Shown: positions 10,056-19,937, counted from the stretch's first letter. The stretch: DNA of 64,000 nucleotides from an uncultured Phycisphaerales bacterium (GCA_963755915.1 CAVWLP010000002.1:3552001-3616000), one strand, 5' to 3'. Translations and numbers: made by a program. The notes: generated by a model from the letters alone, not told the origin.

Positions 10056-10388
10056 CCAGGGGGTTCGTAAGCGACAGGTCTACGCTGGCACGCCGCAACA
10101 CTGCTGCTTCTGCCGGTCCGGAAGCAATCCCTCAACCCGGCTGATCGGCGTCGCCGGCAAGTTCGTCAGCAATTGAGTCGGCGCTGGGGGTCCTGAAATC
10201 AGCTCCTCGCCAGTCTCTCACAAAGGGATGCGGATGGCGGAACGGATACCGACGATTGTGTCGATGAAACTCACTCCCACGATTTTCCCTCCGTCATTCT
10301 CAATGTCCACGAGTGGGTGAGGGTTGGACGACCAACTTCCGCCTATAATTGGGTGTTCAAGGAGCATTAGCCGCCGCGTTTTGCCAGG

Positions 10389-10730
10389 ATGCTCCAAATG
10401 GCTCGTGCGTCTCTGAAGATAACCCGCCGGTCGATGGTGACGATTGCATTGCCTGAAGGCGGGTACGCCCAATTCAAACTTAACGGCAGGTTGCCCGTGT
10501 ATTGCTCCCGTCCGGACACGCCTTGGCTCGATTCATTTGAGGTTAAGTTTGCGACGGTGCGTGGAGCTTACATTGACCATAACGCGCGGCGATTCCTCAC
10601 CGAGAAACTTCCCATCCTGAGCGAATCATTGCTGTTGCAGCGTTACCGCGAGGGGCGAGGCATAGACTTGAAAGAGCTTCAGCGTGCGCCGGTTATTACT
10701 GCTCGCGAAGCGCGGGAACATTCTCATTGA
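10389..10730 (+). CDS. hypothetical protein
   Basis: 113 aa ORF, no motif. Confidence 0.35.
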   Translation: MLQMARASLKITRRSMVTIALPEGGYAQFKLNGRLPVYCSRPDTPWLDSFEVKFATVRGAYIDHNARRFLTEKLPILSESLLLQRYREGRGIDLKELQRAPVITAREAREHSH

Positions 10731-11182
10731 TTCGGCCTAGTCGAATAGACTTGAGGAAAAGGCTCGGAACGGCCTGTGATGGGGGCCGGGGGCGACGAAT
10801 CCGCCGTCAGGCTGCGCTGGCTTGTCGAGTGGATGCAATAGAGCATTACTGCTGCTCCGGCGGTCACACAAAATGTGCTGAGAATGAGTGCCGCCGACTT
10901 TAATGATGCCCGGCAGGACAATCCACGCAGCGCAAACATCGTGCCCGTGGTCACGATTGCGAGGATCGCATACTCAACCGTGAGTCGCCCGCAATCCAAC
11001 AACAGGCTGTCCGACACATCTTCGAGTCTGTCAGTTGGAGGGGCGGCAATGAAGGCATAGCTCACAGGATATTCGGCTGGCCCGTTCGTGAAATGAGCGA
11101 TTACAATCCACGGCGGAAAAAGCCCAATCAGGACCGCCAGCATCAACGCCAGGATAAGAATTGTGCGCTGCCAAATGTTCAC
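10724..11182 (-). CDS. hypothetical membrane protein
   Basis: Three hydrophobic segments, LFPPW motif, AAGG RBS. Confidence 0.6.
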   Translation of the reverse strand: MNIWQRTILILALMLAVLIGLFPPWIVIAHFTNGPAEYPVSYAFIAAPPTDRLEDVSDSLLLDCGRLTVEYAILAIVTTGTMFALRGLSCRASLKSAALILSTFCVTAGAAVMLYCIHSTSQRSLTADSSPPAPITGRSEPFPQVYSTRPNQ

Positions 11183-11443
11183 GGCTGGTCCCTTACCGGC
11201 CTATCGGCTGAATCGCGTGGCGAGTGTAATAAATTACACTGACCGACACCCCTGCCGCCGTTACCGTTTTCGGCGGTGCTCAAGGACGAACTGCGAATGG
11301 CACGGATTAGCGTCCAATCTCACATTTGAGGGTATCGAAAATCCCAAAACCGGCGCGGCGGAACAGTGGCGCACGTTGCTTGCTCAGATTAGGGCTGTTC
11401 CGACAACTCAATTGACCACCCAATTGCCGGCATACAATCAACC

Positions 11444-11662
11444 ATGTTGTTGTCAATTTCTGAAGCCGCAAACCGTTTGAGTATTCCCTCAAGAGCCGTT
11501 GCTTATGCACTCCGCAAAAACCTTGTGCCGAGTGTGCGGGTAGAAGGATATCGCAAAGTCCACACCGATGATTTGCCAAAGTTAAAGAGGGTCGTGCAAC
11601 CTAAACCGCAGCCTGCCCGTGGCTCCCGACGTTCTTTTATCAATCGAAAGATGCCCCAGTAG
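11444..11662 (+). CDS. HTH_17 / excisionase-like protein
   Basis: LLSISEAANRLSIP...VPSVRVEGYRKV. Confidence 0.7.
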   Translation: MLLSISEAANRLSIPSRAVAYALRKNLVPSVRVEGYRKVHTDDLPKLKRVVQPKPQPARGSRRSFINRKMPQ

Positions 11663-11677
11663 GCATAGGAGAGAACA

Positions 11678-11953
11678 ATGCACGATGACGATATCACCAG
11701 CCAATTTGAATTATGTAGCCCAAAACAAATTGCAGAAACACCCATTCAATTTCTCACTCTGTCCGACATAATCACGCACTTGTGGGGACGATATGACGCA
11801 ATCGCCGTCTCTGCAATGAATGAAGGGGATGAGCTACCGATCTTGTCGGCTTGTTTGGGATCAATTAAATTGCGGCAAGTGGTGCTCGACCACCTACATG
11901 AGATTGAGGAAATCACCCCTGCCGAAACCGACGGCGATGACTCCGGGGGATAA
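11678..11953 (+). CDS. hypothetical acidic protein
   Basis: AGGAG RBS; follows the HTH gene. Confidence 0.5.
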   Translation: MHDDDITSQFELCSPKQIAETPIQFLTLSDIITHLWGRYDAIAVSAMNEGDELPILSACLGSIKLRQVVLDHLHEIEEITPAETDGDDSGG

Positions 11954-12330
11954 TTGGCTGGCCGGTCCTTGCACTCTCCACCAATACATACTTGTCGAAA
12001 CCCGCACGTTGATTCCATTCTTCAGCAAGCTTTTTGGCGTCCTCAATCAACTTCACTACGATATTGTGATTGGCTACAATTCCATGCCGTGGCTTGGCAT
12101 ACTCCCGTATCACAACATTCTCATAGCCGTCCTCTGGCGGATCATTTTTGAGGAGTTGTATATATTCAATGCCGCCGGGGCTGGTCTGCCATCGCTTCAT
12201 CGTTCCCCTTTCGTGGTGATGTAGAATCATCGGCACAAACAGCGCAACGATTGGGGATTCAGAATTGCAATAGCCGGTCCAATAACGCCCTTAACACACT
12301 CCGAATGTAGCCGCTCGTGCCTATATCCCG

Positions 12331-12963
12331 ATGATCCCCGACCATCGCCAAAGGGGATTCATCATGGGCAGCAAGCTATTTCCGCTCGTTTGTGTGGTCG
12401 TATCCATCATGTCGATGGCAGTCGCGTCCAGCGGACAGATAATTGCGGGACCAGTCACAAATCCATCGAACAACTTCCAGTACTATCTGCTCGCGGTAAA
12501 CACTTGGACAAATTCGGAAGCTGAGGCGATTTCGATGGGCGGGAACCTCGCAACAATCACCGACGCATCGGAGAACGCATGGATACTAAATACCTTCAGC
12601 CCATTCGTAGATTCCGGCTTGTGGATTGGCTTCTATGACCCGGACATCGGTGATACTGCGGGTGCTCAACACGCTGCTGATTTTATTTGGGCGAGCGGCG
12701 CACCAATAACCTATACAAATTGGGCACCGGGAGAACCGAATGATGGTGCGGGAGGGTTTGGCGGGGAGTATTATACGGCCATGTATCCCTCGCTTTATGG
12801 CACAAATGGCCCGGCGGGAACTTGGAACGATGAGAATAACACCGGATCGGGAACTATTGACTTTGGTGTGGTGGAGGTAGTGCCTGAGCCATCGTCGATT
12901 GGGTTGCTGGCGTTACCGCCGCTCATCCTGCATCGTCGTCGCGTTAATCTGCATAACCAATAA
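12331..12963 (+). CDS. secreted C-type lectin-domain protein with PEP-CTERM (start probably 12364)
   Basis: Signal peptide, GGNLATI, LWIG, YTNWAPGEPND, WNDE, VPEPSS plus TM and RRR. Confidence 0.85.
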   Translation: MIPDHRQRGFIMGSKLFPLVCVVVSIMSMAVASSGQIIAGPVTNPSNNFQYYLLAVNTWTNSEAEAISMGGNLATITDASENAWILNTFSPFVDSGLWIGFYDPDIGDTAGAQHAADFIWASGAPITYTNWAPGEPNDGAGGFGGEYYTAMYPSLYGTNGPAGTWNDENNTGSGTIDFGVVEVVPEPSSIGLLALPPLILHRRRVNLHNQ

Positions 12964-13005
12964 TGGCGGCTTTGCCGCGCTCCCGAACGTGGTGTACGTT
13001 GACGC

Positions 13006-13266
13006 ATGGCGCACGAGCCTGAAGTCATCTATGATATCTCACACCTGACGGGAATCGGCGAAGCTCCCGCGATGCCTGTCCCTCCACCTGGACAACCCAC
13101 CACGATGACCGCTCACCAGCTTGCCGCTTACTGGCAAGTCTCACTGCGGACGATCCGCACGCTCTACGCCACGGGCAAGCTCCCAAAACCTGAACGTGTG
13201 GGCCGATCCTTGCGCTGGCGGACTGAGGATATTCAGCGTACTCCACCGCCCCGCAAAGGCTCATAG
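13006..13266 (+). CDS. AlpA/HTH_17 excisionase-like regulator
   Basis: VSLRTIRTLYATGKLPKPERVGRSLRW; upstream of the integrase. Confidence 0.8.
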   Translation: MAHEPEVIYDISHLTGIGEAPAMPVPPPGQPTTMTAHQLAAYWQVSLRTIRTLYATGKLPKPERVGRSLRWRTEDIQRTPPPRKGS

Positions 13267-13443
13267 CAGCCACGTTTTCAAGCTCACGCGGCTCGCATCC
13301 CGATTTCTTCGCCCTCGCCGCATTTTGCTTCCCACGAGCAATCTCACCACCGACGCCCGATTTTGTCGATTTTAGGGTTTAATCGGACCATTACGCTTAT
13401 CTCGACATCAACCCGTGTTGGCGCGTGATTCCATCCCCAGAAT

Positions 13444-14586
13444 GTGCCGTCGCCCGCTAAAAGACCATGGTATATCCGTGGCATGGCGATCATTTACCAG
13501 CGGAAGCGGAATGGCCCGTGGTACGCGGATTACGTCGATGCCGATGGCATCCGCACCCGCAAGACCACAGGCACGGGGGACAAGACAGCGGCCCAATTGA
13601 TCGCAGACCAATGGGAGCGTGATAAGGCTTTAATCAAGGGCGGGTTTGTCACCACGTCCGCAGTAAAGACGCGAGATTCAGGCAGTCAATCTGTATCCAA
13701 ATTCATTGGCTCGTACATCGCTGAATGCAAAAGTAATGGGCAATCAGCTATTCACGTCAGCATCAAGGAATCCCAATTGAATCGGCTGGTGAAGTTCACT
13801 GGTGCGAAAATTCTTGCGGACATTACGGCGGATGAAATCGCACGGTATCTAGACGACTTGAAAATAAAGAAGCTGTCGAATCGAACAAGAAATCAGCACC
13901 GGACCACGTTCGCATCGCTCTATGAATATCTCTGTGAGAAGCACTACGCAGCGTCCAACATCGTCAAGGGTATTAAGACTCTGAACGATGACAAGGATCG
14001 GCGACGTGTCCGCAGGGCTTTGATGAAAGAAGAAATCGCCCTGCTTTTTCAAGTCAATTCTCAACGCGCCCTGTACTACAAATTCGCGATTTACACTGGC
14101 CTGAGAGTTCGGACGGCCAAAGCGATCCGCTGGTGTGACATCGACATCGACGCGGCAATCATTACCGTGCCAGCACCCATCATCAAATCAGCCCACGATT
14201 TTGAGCTACCAATTCACCCGGATTTGTTAGGCGCGTTGCGTGAGGCAAAAGCACAGGCGAAATTGCCGACAGACCGGGTATTCAATCACATCCCTTCAAT
14301 ACGCACCTTCCATCGTGATTGCGAGCGGGCGGGCATTCCCCGATACGATGCGGCGGGACGCCAGCTTGATCGCCACGCCTTACGCACATCGTTCGGGACG
14401 AATCTGGCAAGGTCTGGTGTGTTGCCTCAACACGCGATGAAGCTGCTTGGCCATACCGATCTGCGGACCACAATGAAGCACTACACGGCCCTCACGCTTG
14501 ATGACCGTGCCTTAGCACTGGCGAAATTCACTGTGCCTCCCCCGGCTTCCAACGCTCAGCAGACTCCCACAACTAAGGCGGGCTGA
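13444..14586 (+). CDS. tyrosine recombinase / integrase 1
   Basis: TGLR, HALRTSF, LLGH, TMKHY catalytic motifs. Confidence 0.92.
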   Translation: MPSPAKRPWYIRGMAIIYQRKRNGPWYADYVDADGIRTRKTTGTGDKTAAQLIADQWERDKALIKGGFVTTSAVKTRDSGSQSVSKFIGSYIAECKSNGQSAIHVSIKESQLNRLVKFTGAKILADITADEIARYLDDLKIKKLSNRTRNQHRTTFASLYEYLCEKHYAASNIVKGIKTLNDDKDRRRVRRALMKEEIALLFQVNSQRALYYKFAIYTGLRVRTAKAIRWCDIDIDAAIITVPAPIIKSAHDFELPIHPDLLGALREAKAQAKLPTDRVFNHIPSIRTFHRDCERAGIPRYDAAGRQLDRHALRTSFGTNLARSGVLPQHAMKLLGHTDLRTTMKHYTALTLDDRALALAKFTVPPPASNAQQTPTTKAG

Positions 14587-14745
14587 AATTTCTAAATAGT
14601 TGTTGCTCACCCCTTGTGCCGTATATGTGTCAGATTCGCTGCACCTGATTGCATCGCGTTGCATCTATGGATCGCGTTCAAGCGTCCGATAAACAATGGG
14701 TTAGCTCAGAAAAACCGTGTTGGTTGCGTAATTTCAAAATCCGCA

Positions 14746-16107
14746 TTACCATGCGAATAACACGGGCGATTGGCGCAGTTGGCTAGCGCACCAGCATGAC
14801 ACGCTGGGGGTCACAGGTTCGAGCCCTGTATCGCCCATTTCCACTTCTTCGCATTGCGTCGCATCATTTCGCACAGTATCGCAAGCTCCGGCAGATGGAG
14901 CATTTGCGGAATCTGAGCCGGAACATGGTGCGACATGCTGCGACGCCTTGCGAGCAGATGCTGCACTGGATTCTGCACCGCCTGTCTCAGACGCTGCTTC
15001 CGCCGCCTTTGCAAAATGCTCATCGGTGATCTGAAGGTAGTGATCGCGCGCTACCACCTCGCTGTTGCCAATCCAGGCACAGACCACATGAGCAGGCCAG
15101 CTTTCCGTCAGTTCCGTCTGCCGTGACGACCGAAGATTCTGAAAGAGCTTTGGCCACGGCTCGATCCCGGCTTTGGCAAGAATCCGGAGGAATTGCGTGC
15201 GAATGTTGACGGCCGGATTGCGGTATCGGGTGATGACATACGTGGCGCCCTCTTCCGCCTGGGCGAACGCTTTCAAAAGGTGTGATTTGAGTTCAGGAAA
15301 CAGCGGAATGAGCCTCGACTCTTTCCCGACGTGGTGCTCCGTCTTGCTCGCCCGGATGAGAATTTTCGATTGATCCCACAGCACGTCGCCCCAGCGAAGC
15401 GCCAGGACTTCACTCGGCACCCTCACGCCCCCGTACCGTGCCAGTGCAATGATTAGTTTCCACTCGACATCAGGAGCCGCGGCAATCGCCTTCTCGATTA
15501 CCGCCCGACTGATAAAACGCTGCCGCTGCGGGTTCTTCTGCGACCCCGCCTTAACCTTTGAAAAGGGACTTTTCGCAATCCGCTCACCATCGACAGCATC
15601 TTTGAAGAATTGACGTGCACGGAGCACGATTTTTGCCACATAGGCCGAGGAATGCTTCGCCGAGAGGTCCCGTTTGAAATCCAATGCGTCGGCAACGGTG
15701 ATCGTATGGACCGACTTATCCTTCCCAAAAAACTTAACCAGCTTATCCCGTGATTGCTTGAGGGTCGTGATTGACCACGGCTTCATATCGGCCCGTCGGC
15801 GGTCGATGTAATCATCCACCATTTTTGCCAGGGTGAGAGGACCGTCGCTCGAATGTTTTCGGGCGGACGTTAGACGGGTACGCGCCAAACGGTCGTGCAA
15901 TTCGTCGCTGATAGAAGCCAGCCAGTTGACCGTATCGACGTGCAATGGCATTCCCGTCTTGATTGCCCCGATCAGGCGTTCGACATGCAGCTTGACCCCT
16001 TCGGCTGTCCGCTGGTCGCACTTGCCGAGTCGAACGCTCCGGCGTTTCTCATCAAGTCCCACAAACTGAATCGCTCTTCGCCCGCTTTCATTGGTGATGC
16101 TCGCCAT
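14746..16107 (-). CDS. tyrosine integrase 2, reading antisense through tRNA-Val
   Basis: GGVRVPSE, FQNLRSS, WIGNS, HYLQ; the last ~30 codons (EMGDTGLEPVTPSVSCW...) are the tRNA complement. Confidence 0.9.
   Translation of the reverse strand: MASITNESGRRAIQFVGLDEKRRSVRLGKCDQRTAEGVKLHVERLIGAIKTGMPLHVDTVNWLASISDELHDRLARTRLTSARKHSSDGPLTLAKMVDDYIDRRRADMKPWSITTLKQSRDKLVKFFGKDKSVHTITVADALDFKRDLSAKHSSAYVAKIVLRARQFFKDAVDGERIAKSPFSKVKAGSQKNPQRQRFISRAVIEKAIAAAPDVEWKLIIALARYGGVRVPSEVLALRWGDVLWDQSKILIRASKTEHHVGKESRLIPLFPELKSHLLKAFAQAEEGATYVITRYRNPAVNIRTQFLRILAKAGIEPWPKLFQNLRSSRQTELTESWPAHVVCAWIGNSEVVARDHYLQITDEHFAKAAEAASETGGAESSAASARKASQHVAPCSGSDSANAPSAGACDTVRNDATQCEEVEMGDTGLEPVTPSVSCWCASQLRQSPVLFAW
14764..14837 (+). 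tRNA. tRNA-Val(GAC)
   Basis: GGGCGAT/ATCGCCC acceptor, CCAGC-ATGACAC-GCTGG anticodon arm, GGTTCGAGCCC T arm; no encoded CCA. Confidence 0.95.
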
Positions 16108-16110
16108 GAC

Positions 16111-16320
16111 TCATGCTCCAGATTCAACCTGCTGCCGCGTCCAATTTTCCAAATCGACCACGCGATACCGAACGCTTTTACCGATACGCACCGCCGGGAT
16201 TATTCGATCCCGCGTCAGTTGCCAGAGTGTCCTCGGGCTGACGCAAAGCCGTCGAGCGGCTTCGCGGCAATCCACCAAAATGACGGATGCGGGACTGCTG
16301 TTCGGCTTTCTCATCATCAT
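16111..16320 (-). CDS. HTH_17 excisionase
   Basis: EAARRLCVSPRTLWQL...IPAVRIGKSVRY; abuts the integrase start. Confidence 0.85.
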   Translation of the reverse strand: MMMRKPNSSPASVILVDCREAARRLCVSPRTLWQLTRDRIIPAVRIGKSVRYRVVDLENWTRQQVESGA

Positions 16321-16421
16321 ACGATCTCTGCGAACGGACGGATCAAATGACTTGACGGATTCCTTCCGCAATCCCCGCGCGGCTTCGCGCGGTGCGGTGT
16401 CCTTCAAACAATATCTGTATA

Positions 16422-16460
16422 GAAAAAAAGGGCGGGATGGCCTTGGCCACATCCCGCCCG
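16422..16460 (-). terminator. intrinsic terminator
   Basis: GGGCGGGATG...CATCCCGCCC stem followed by T7 on the minus strand. Confidence 0.75.
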
Positions 16461-16475
16461 CCGGATTCGACCCGA

Positions 16476-16601
16476 CTACGCTTCAGGTAGATTGGTCCCG
16501 TCGGGCTTATCCTTGGCCTTCACAGGCTCTTCGCTCATTTTGTTCGACAGGCCCTTCATCAAAATGAGAAAGGCCAGCAGGATCAATAACAGCGTCGTCA
16601 T
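16476..16601 (-). CDS. 41-aa small membrane peptide (below ORF-track cutoff)
   Basis: MTTLLLILLAFLILMKGLSNKMSEEPVKAKDKPDGTNLPEA; AAAGGAAA RBS; terminator follows. Confidence 0.55.
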   Translation of the reverse strand: MTTLLLILLAFLILMKGLSNKMSEEPVKAKDKPDGTNLPEA

Positions 16602-16634
16602 TGGTGTTTCCTTTCTTAAAATGTTGCTGCCGGC

Positions 16635-16910
16635 TTACAGGTCCATTCCCCCATCATCCCGCCCACGCTCATCCCGGTCGGCGCCGGCACGGGCGAGAAT
16701 CGAGTCATCTTCGAGCTCTGGCGATTCTTCCCGCCGCGCTTCGGTCACTTCGCCGGGTGTGGCCATGCCCGGCATCGCGTAGTTCGTCGGCTGAGCGATT
16801 GGCGAATCGGCCAACGGCAACGCGGCCCTCAGTTCAGCAAGCCCCTGACGGAAGTACCCCGACAAGGCCGTTGCCCCTAACTTGGGCGCACGTTCACTTT
16901 CGTCTGCCAT
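16635..16910 (-). CDS. hypothetical protein of the integrative element
   Basis: AAAGGAG RBS, 91 aa, acidic tail. Confidence 0.6.
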   Translation of the reverse strand: MADESERAPKLGATALSGYFRQGLAELRAALPLADSPIAQPTNYAMPGMATPGEVTEARREESPELEDDSILARAGADRDERGRDDGGMDL

Positions 16911-16931
16911 GATATTCTCCTTTCAATAGGC

Positions 16932-17215
16932 TTAATCCTCTTGCATCTGCCGAAAGTTTTCTGCGATTTCGCGCTGCTCGATGACGGCATCATTCAGCTC
17001 CACGGCACGCTCGCGTAGGGCCGAAGCGACGCAGTAACCACGCACCAGGACGAACACACCGGCCAGCATCAGGTAGTCACCGAGCGGACGATTCAGAAGA
17101 TGAATTGCGAACCCGATGCACAGCACCAGCACTGCTTCCACCAGCTTTACGTGGATTTCCTGCCACCCCGGTAGAAGTCGGCACAGATGCGGCCGGCCGG
17201 AATAGCGCGAATGGC
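16932..17215 (-). pseudogene. 5'-truncated membrane protein
   Basis: C-terminal TM pair in ORF 16932..17399; the N-terminal part of that ORF is antisense of an IS66 tnpB fragment. Confidence 0.5.
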
Positions 17216-17375
17216 GGAGTTGGCGCAAGCCGTCACGGATCGAAATCCCATGGATGGGCACCTGTTCCTGTTCCGCGGACGCGGCGGGGACCGGCTCAAG
17301 ATTCTTTACTGGGACAAGGACGGATGGGCGCTGTGGTACAAGCGACTTGAAGAAGGAACGTTCAAGCTGCCGCGG
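17211..17375 (+). pseudogene. IS66 tnpB fragment
   Basis: GHLFLFRGRGGDRLKILYWDKDGWALWYKRLEEGTF with no start region and no tnpA/tnpC. Confidence 0.8.
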
Positions 17376-17753
17376 ATCTCCCCATTCGCCATCAGACATA
17401 AGCCGATTCGACTCGCCAAATACCCCATGTCCTCAATATGATAATAACGACCCACGAGCGCTGCCTCTCAGAATCACCAGTCTGTCGGGCCGAAGCAGAA
17501 CGGGATGTCTGGAGCCTTGCCGCGTCGAAAGGGTATGTTCGGCCAGGCATGTCGCATTCTTCAACTTGCAAGTCGCATTTCACTTCGTGAAATTTCCGCA
17601 AAAAACCTAAAATTCTAGACCAATTTTTCTTGCTGGCCTCATGACAGCGCCGTATCAGGGAGATCGCGAATTGTGTCGGCGAAGCGGTGGCGTGCAGGTG
17701 CTGATACCCGCAACTCCGCTCAACTTGGGGGTTCTTTCTGGAAGGAGGAAGGG

Positions 17754-18422
17754 ATGCCAAGCTGCCACACCAAGCTGGGGGTCATGCGGGCCAAGGGCAA
17801 AGCGATCGCTTCAGTTTCTGCTTTGATCTGCCTCGCCACGGGCGTTCTTGGGGCCCCTGCTTGCGCCGCCATCATTACGCCCAGCACCTATTCCAGTATA
17901 GGCGCCGCCGGTAACGGCACCGCGACGGTCCTCAGTAACCCGCCGAGCTTCGATATCACCAGCGCTGCCAAGTCCTTCACCTCTATTGGCCCGCTGGATT
18001 TTGTCTTCCCGGTGACGTATACCGACAACAACTCCACCGTCACCTATTTCGTGTCGGAAGGCATCACCAATAATACCACCAGCACCTGGAGCGATTACCA
18101 CGAACAGATCGGCACCGGAAGCGACGGGCAGTTTACGCTCGGCAGCAATCCCGTCACGTTCGTCGATCCCCCGGACTCGACCTTCACCAACCCACCATTC
18201 CCCAGCATTACCGACTCGCCCGACGAGATTGACTACTCCGGTGGCGCGATAGCCCCCGGCCAGGCCATTTCGCTGACTTTTTCCATCACCGTCCCCGACA
18301 ATGGCACGAGCCCTTACGACTTCACGTTGCGTCAGTTCCCGACGGTAGTGCCGGAACCGGCGAGTCTCGGCGTGCTACTGGTGGGGGCAATCGGCCTGCT
18401 CGGCCGCCGAAAAAGAAGCTGA
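17754..18422 (+). CDS. secreted PEP-CTERM protein
   Basis: AGGAGG RBS, signal peptide, VPEPAS plus TM and RRKR. Confidence 0.85.
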   Translation: MPSCHTKLGVMRAKGKAIASVSALICLATGVLGAPACAAIITPSTYSSIGAAGNGTATVLSNPPSFDITSAAKSFTSIGPLDFVFPVTYTDNNSTVTYFVSEGITNNTTSTWSDYHEQIGTGSDGQFTLGSNPVTFVDPPDSTFTNPPFPSITDSPDEIDYSGGAIAPGQAISLTFSITVPDNGTSPYDFTLRQFPTVVPEPASLGVLLVGAIGLLGRRKRS

Positions 18423-18582
18423 ACTACCGACAGCGTTTTTAGCTGCCTGTCTGAAATTCTCGCGGTTCCCGTTCGAGGCGTCCCACACATCTTTTCCCGG
18501 AACGCCAGGGCGGGGTAATTTCAGGAGCTGCGAGGCGATTTCGGCTGGGCAAAGTCAATTCACCATAAACGGAGGAACTGCT

Positions 18583-19566
18583 ATGCGGAGCGGAATCATA
18601 ACTTGTATTCTGGTTGTGGCGGGCGTTGCGGCAGTGGGTGGAAAGGCAACCGCTGATTCGATTGTCGCATGGGGTCTCGATACTTATGGTGAAGTTTCCG
18701 ATGTCCCAACGGGAGATAATTTCACCTCGATCGCCGCAGGCGCCTACGAGGCGTTTGCGCTGACTTCCGACGGCTCCATCGTCACCTGGGGCTATGATGG
18801 CCACGGCGAGATAAGCGGCGCGCCGATGGGGACCGGCTTCAAGCAAGTCGCCGCCGGCGACAATATGGCTTATGCCCTGACGGCCGACGGCTCGATCGTC
18901 GCCTGGGGTGATAACACCTACGACCAGGTCTCGGGCGCTCCGACGGGAACAGGCTACATCGCGATCTCAGCAGGATATTACTCCGGCTACGCGTTGAAGG
19001 CCGACGGCTCCATCGTCGCTTGGGGCCGCGACCAATATGGCGAAGTCTCTGACAAACCCACGGGAACCGGCTTTACCGCCATCGCGGGAGGCGATTTCTT
19101 CGCCTATGCCCTGACAGCCAACGGGTCCATCGACGCGTGGGGTAACGACTATTACTACGATCCAGTCTCCGGCACTCCCACGGGCACCGGCTTCACCGCC
19201 ATTGCCGCGGGCAACTTCAATGGGTTTGCCCTGACGTCCGACGGCGCCGTCGATGCGTGGAAATATGACTACTATGGCGACGTGTCCGATGCGCCGACGG
19301 GAACAGGCTTCACGGCCATCGCTGCGGGATACAACGGTGGGTACGCGCTGGGCACCGACGGCTCCATCACCGCTTGGGGTTATGACGGCGACGGAGCCAT
19401 CTCCGACACGCCCACGGGAACCGGGTTCCTCGCAATCGCAGCCGGCAGTTTTACCGGCTATGCGCTTACGCCCGTCCCCGAGCCGGCGCAAGTGGCAGTA
19501 CTGGCGCTAGGGGCATGGACGTTGACCAAACGCCCTGGCCGCCGGAACCCGATGACATTTACCTGA
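18583..19566 (+). CDS. RCC1/BLIP-II-like seven-repeat beta-propeller with PEP-CTERM
   Basis: Seven ~39-aa repeats GSIxAWG...PTGTGFxAIAAG...YAL; VPEP tail. Confidence 0.85.
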   Translation: MRSGIITCILVVAGVAAVGGKATADSIVAWGLDTYGEVSDVPTGDNFTSIAAGAYEAFALTSDGSIVTWGYDGHGEISGAPMGTGFKQVAAGDNMAYALTADGSIVAWGDNTYDQVSGAPTGTGYIAISAGYYSGYALKADGSIVAWGRDQYGEVSDKPTGTGFTAIAGGDFFAYALTANGSIDAWGNDYYYDPVSGTPTGTGFTAIAAGNFNGFALTSDGAVDAWKYDYYGDVSDAPTGTGFTAIAAGYNGGYALGTDGSITAWGYDGDGAISDTPTGTGFLAIAAGSFTGYALTPVPEPAQVAVLALGAWTLTKRPGRRNPMTFT

Positions 19567-19937
19567 TCTTCGTGCCGTGGAGAGTCAATCGATCCGCGAT
19601 TCGCATTCGTCAGCGGCGTCAAATACTGGTCGAGAGAATATTCCCCACGGCAGAAGCGCGCACGCTATTCGTCAATCGCTGGCTTGCGTTACAGTACATG
19701 GGCGGGAGAAAAATGCAGAAGATGCGAGCTGAGAATCTTCGCGGCATCGGCCAAACCTTGATGGGGCTAGGCAAGGGGCTGGGCAAGGCGTGGTCTACGC
19801 TCGGCCACCGCCGGAAACGCCGCCGCAAAGTGAACATACTTCCGTGGGATGTTTGATTTTGATCGGGATTGGAAGATGAGAGAATTACTCACACTTCAAC
19901 GTGAGCGATATGTGAAGTGCAGTCCTGACACGTTTGC

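Larger units (their letters stand above)
7002..10249 (+). mobile_element. complete IS66-family element with passenger gene
   Basis: Imperfect IRs GTATCCGCTCGGCCA / GTATCCGTTCCGCCA (18 of 23 matching); 9-bp direct repeat CGACGATTG at 6993-7001 and 10250-10258. Confidence 0.92.
2414..14760. mobile_element. integrative element / phage-satellite-like replicon adjacent to tRNA-Val (boundaries approximate)
   Basis: Primase-ATPase, iteron region, three small HTH/Xis genes and a tyrosine integrase; no capsid or conjugation genes seen. Confidence 0.65.

Noticed and set aside
18650-19470. ~117-nt tandem repeats as a CRISPR array
   Set aside because: They are in-frame coding repeats with no constant-repeat/unique-spacer pattern, and no cas genes are present.
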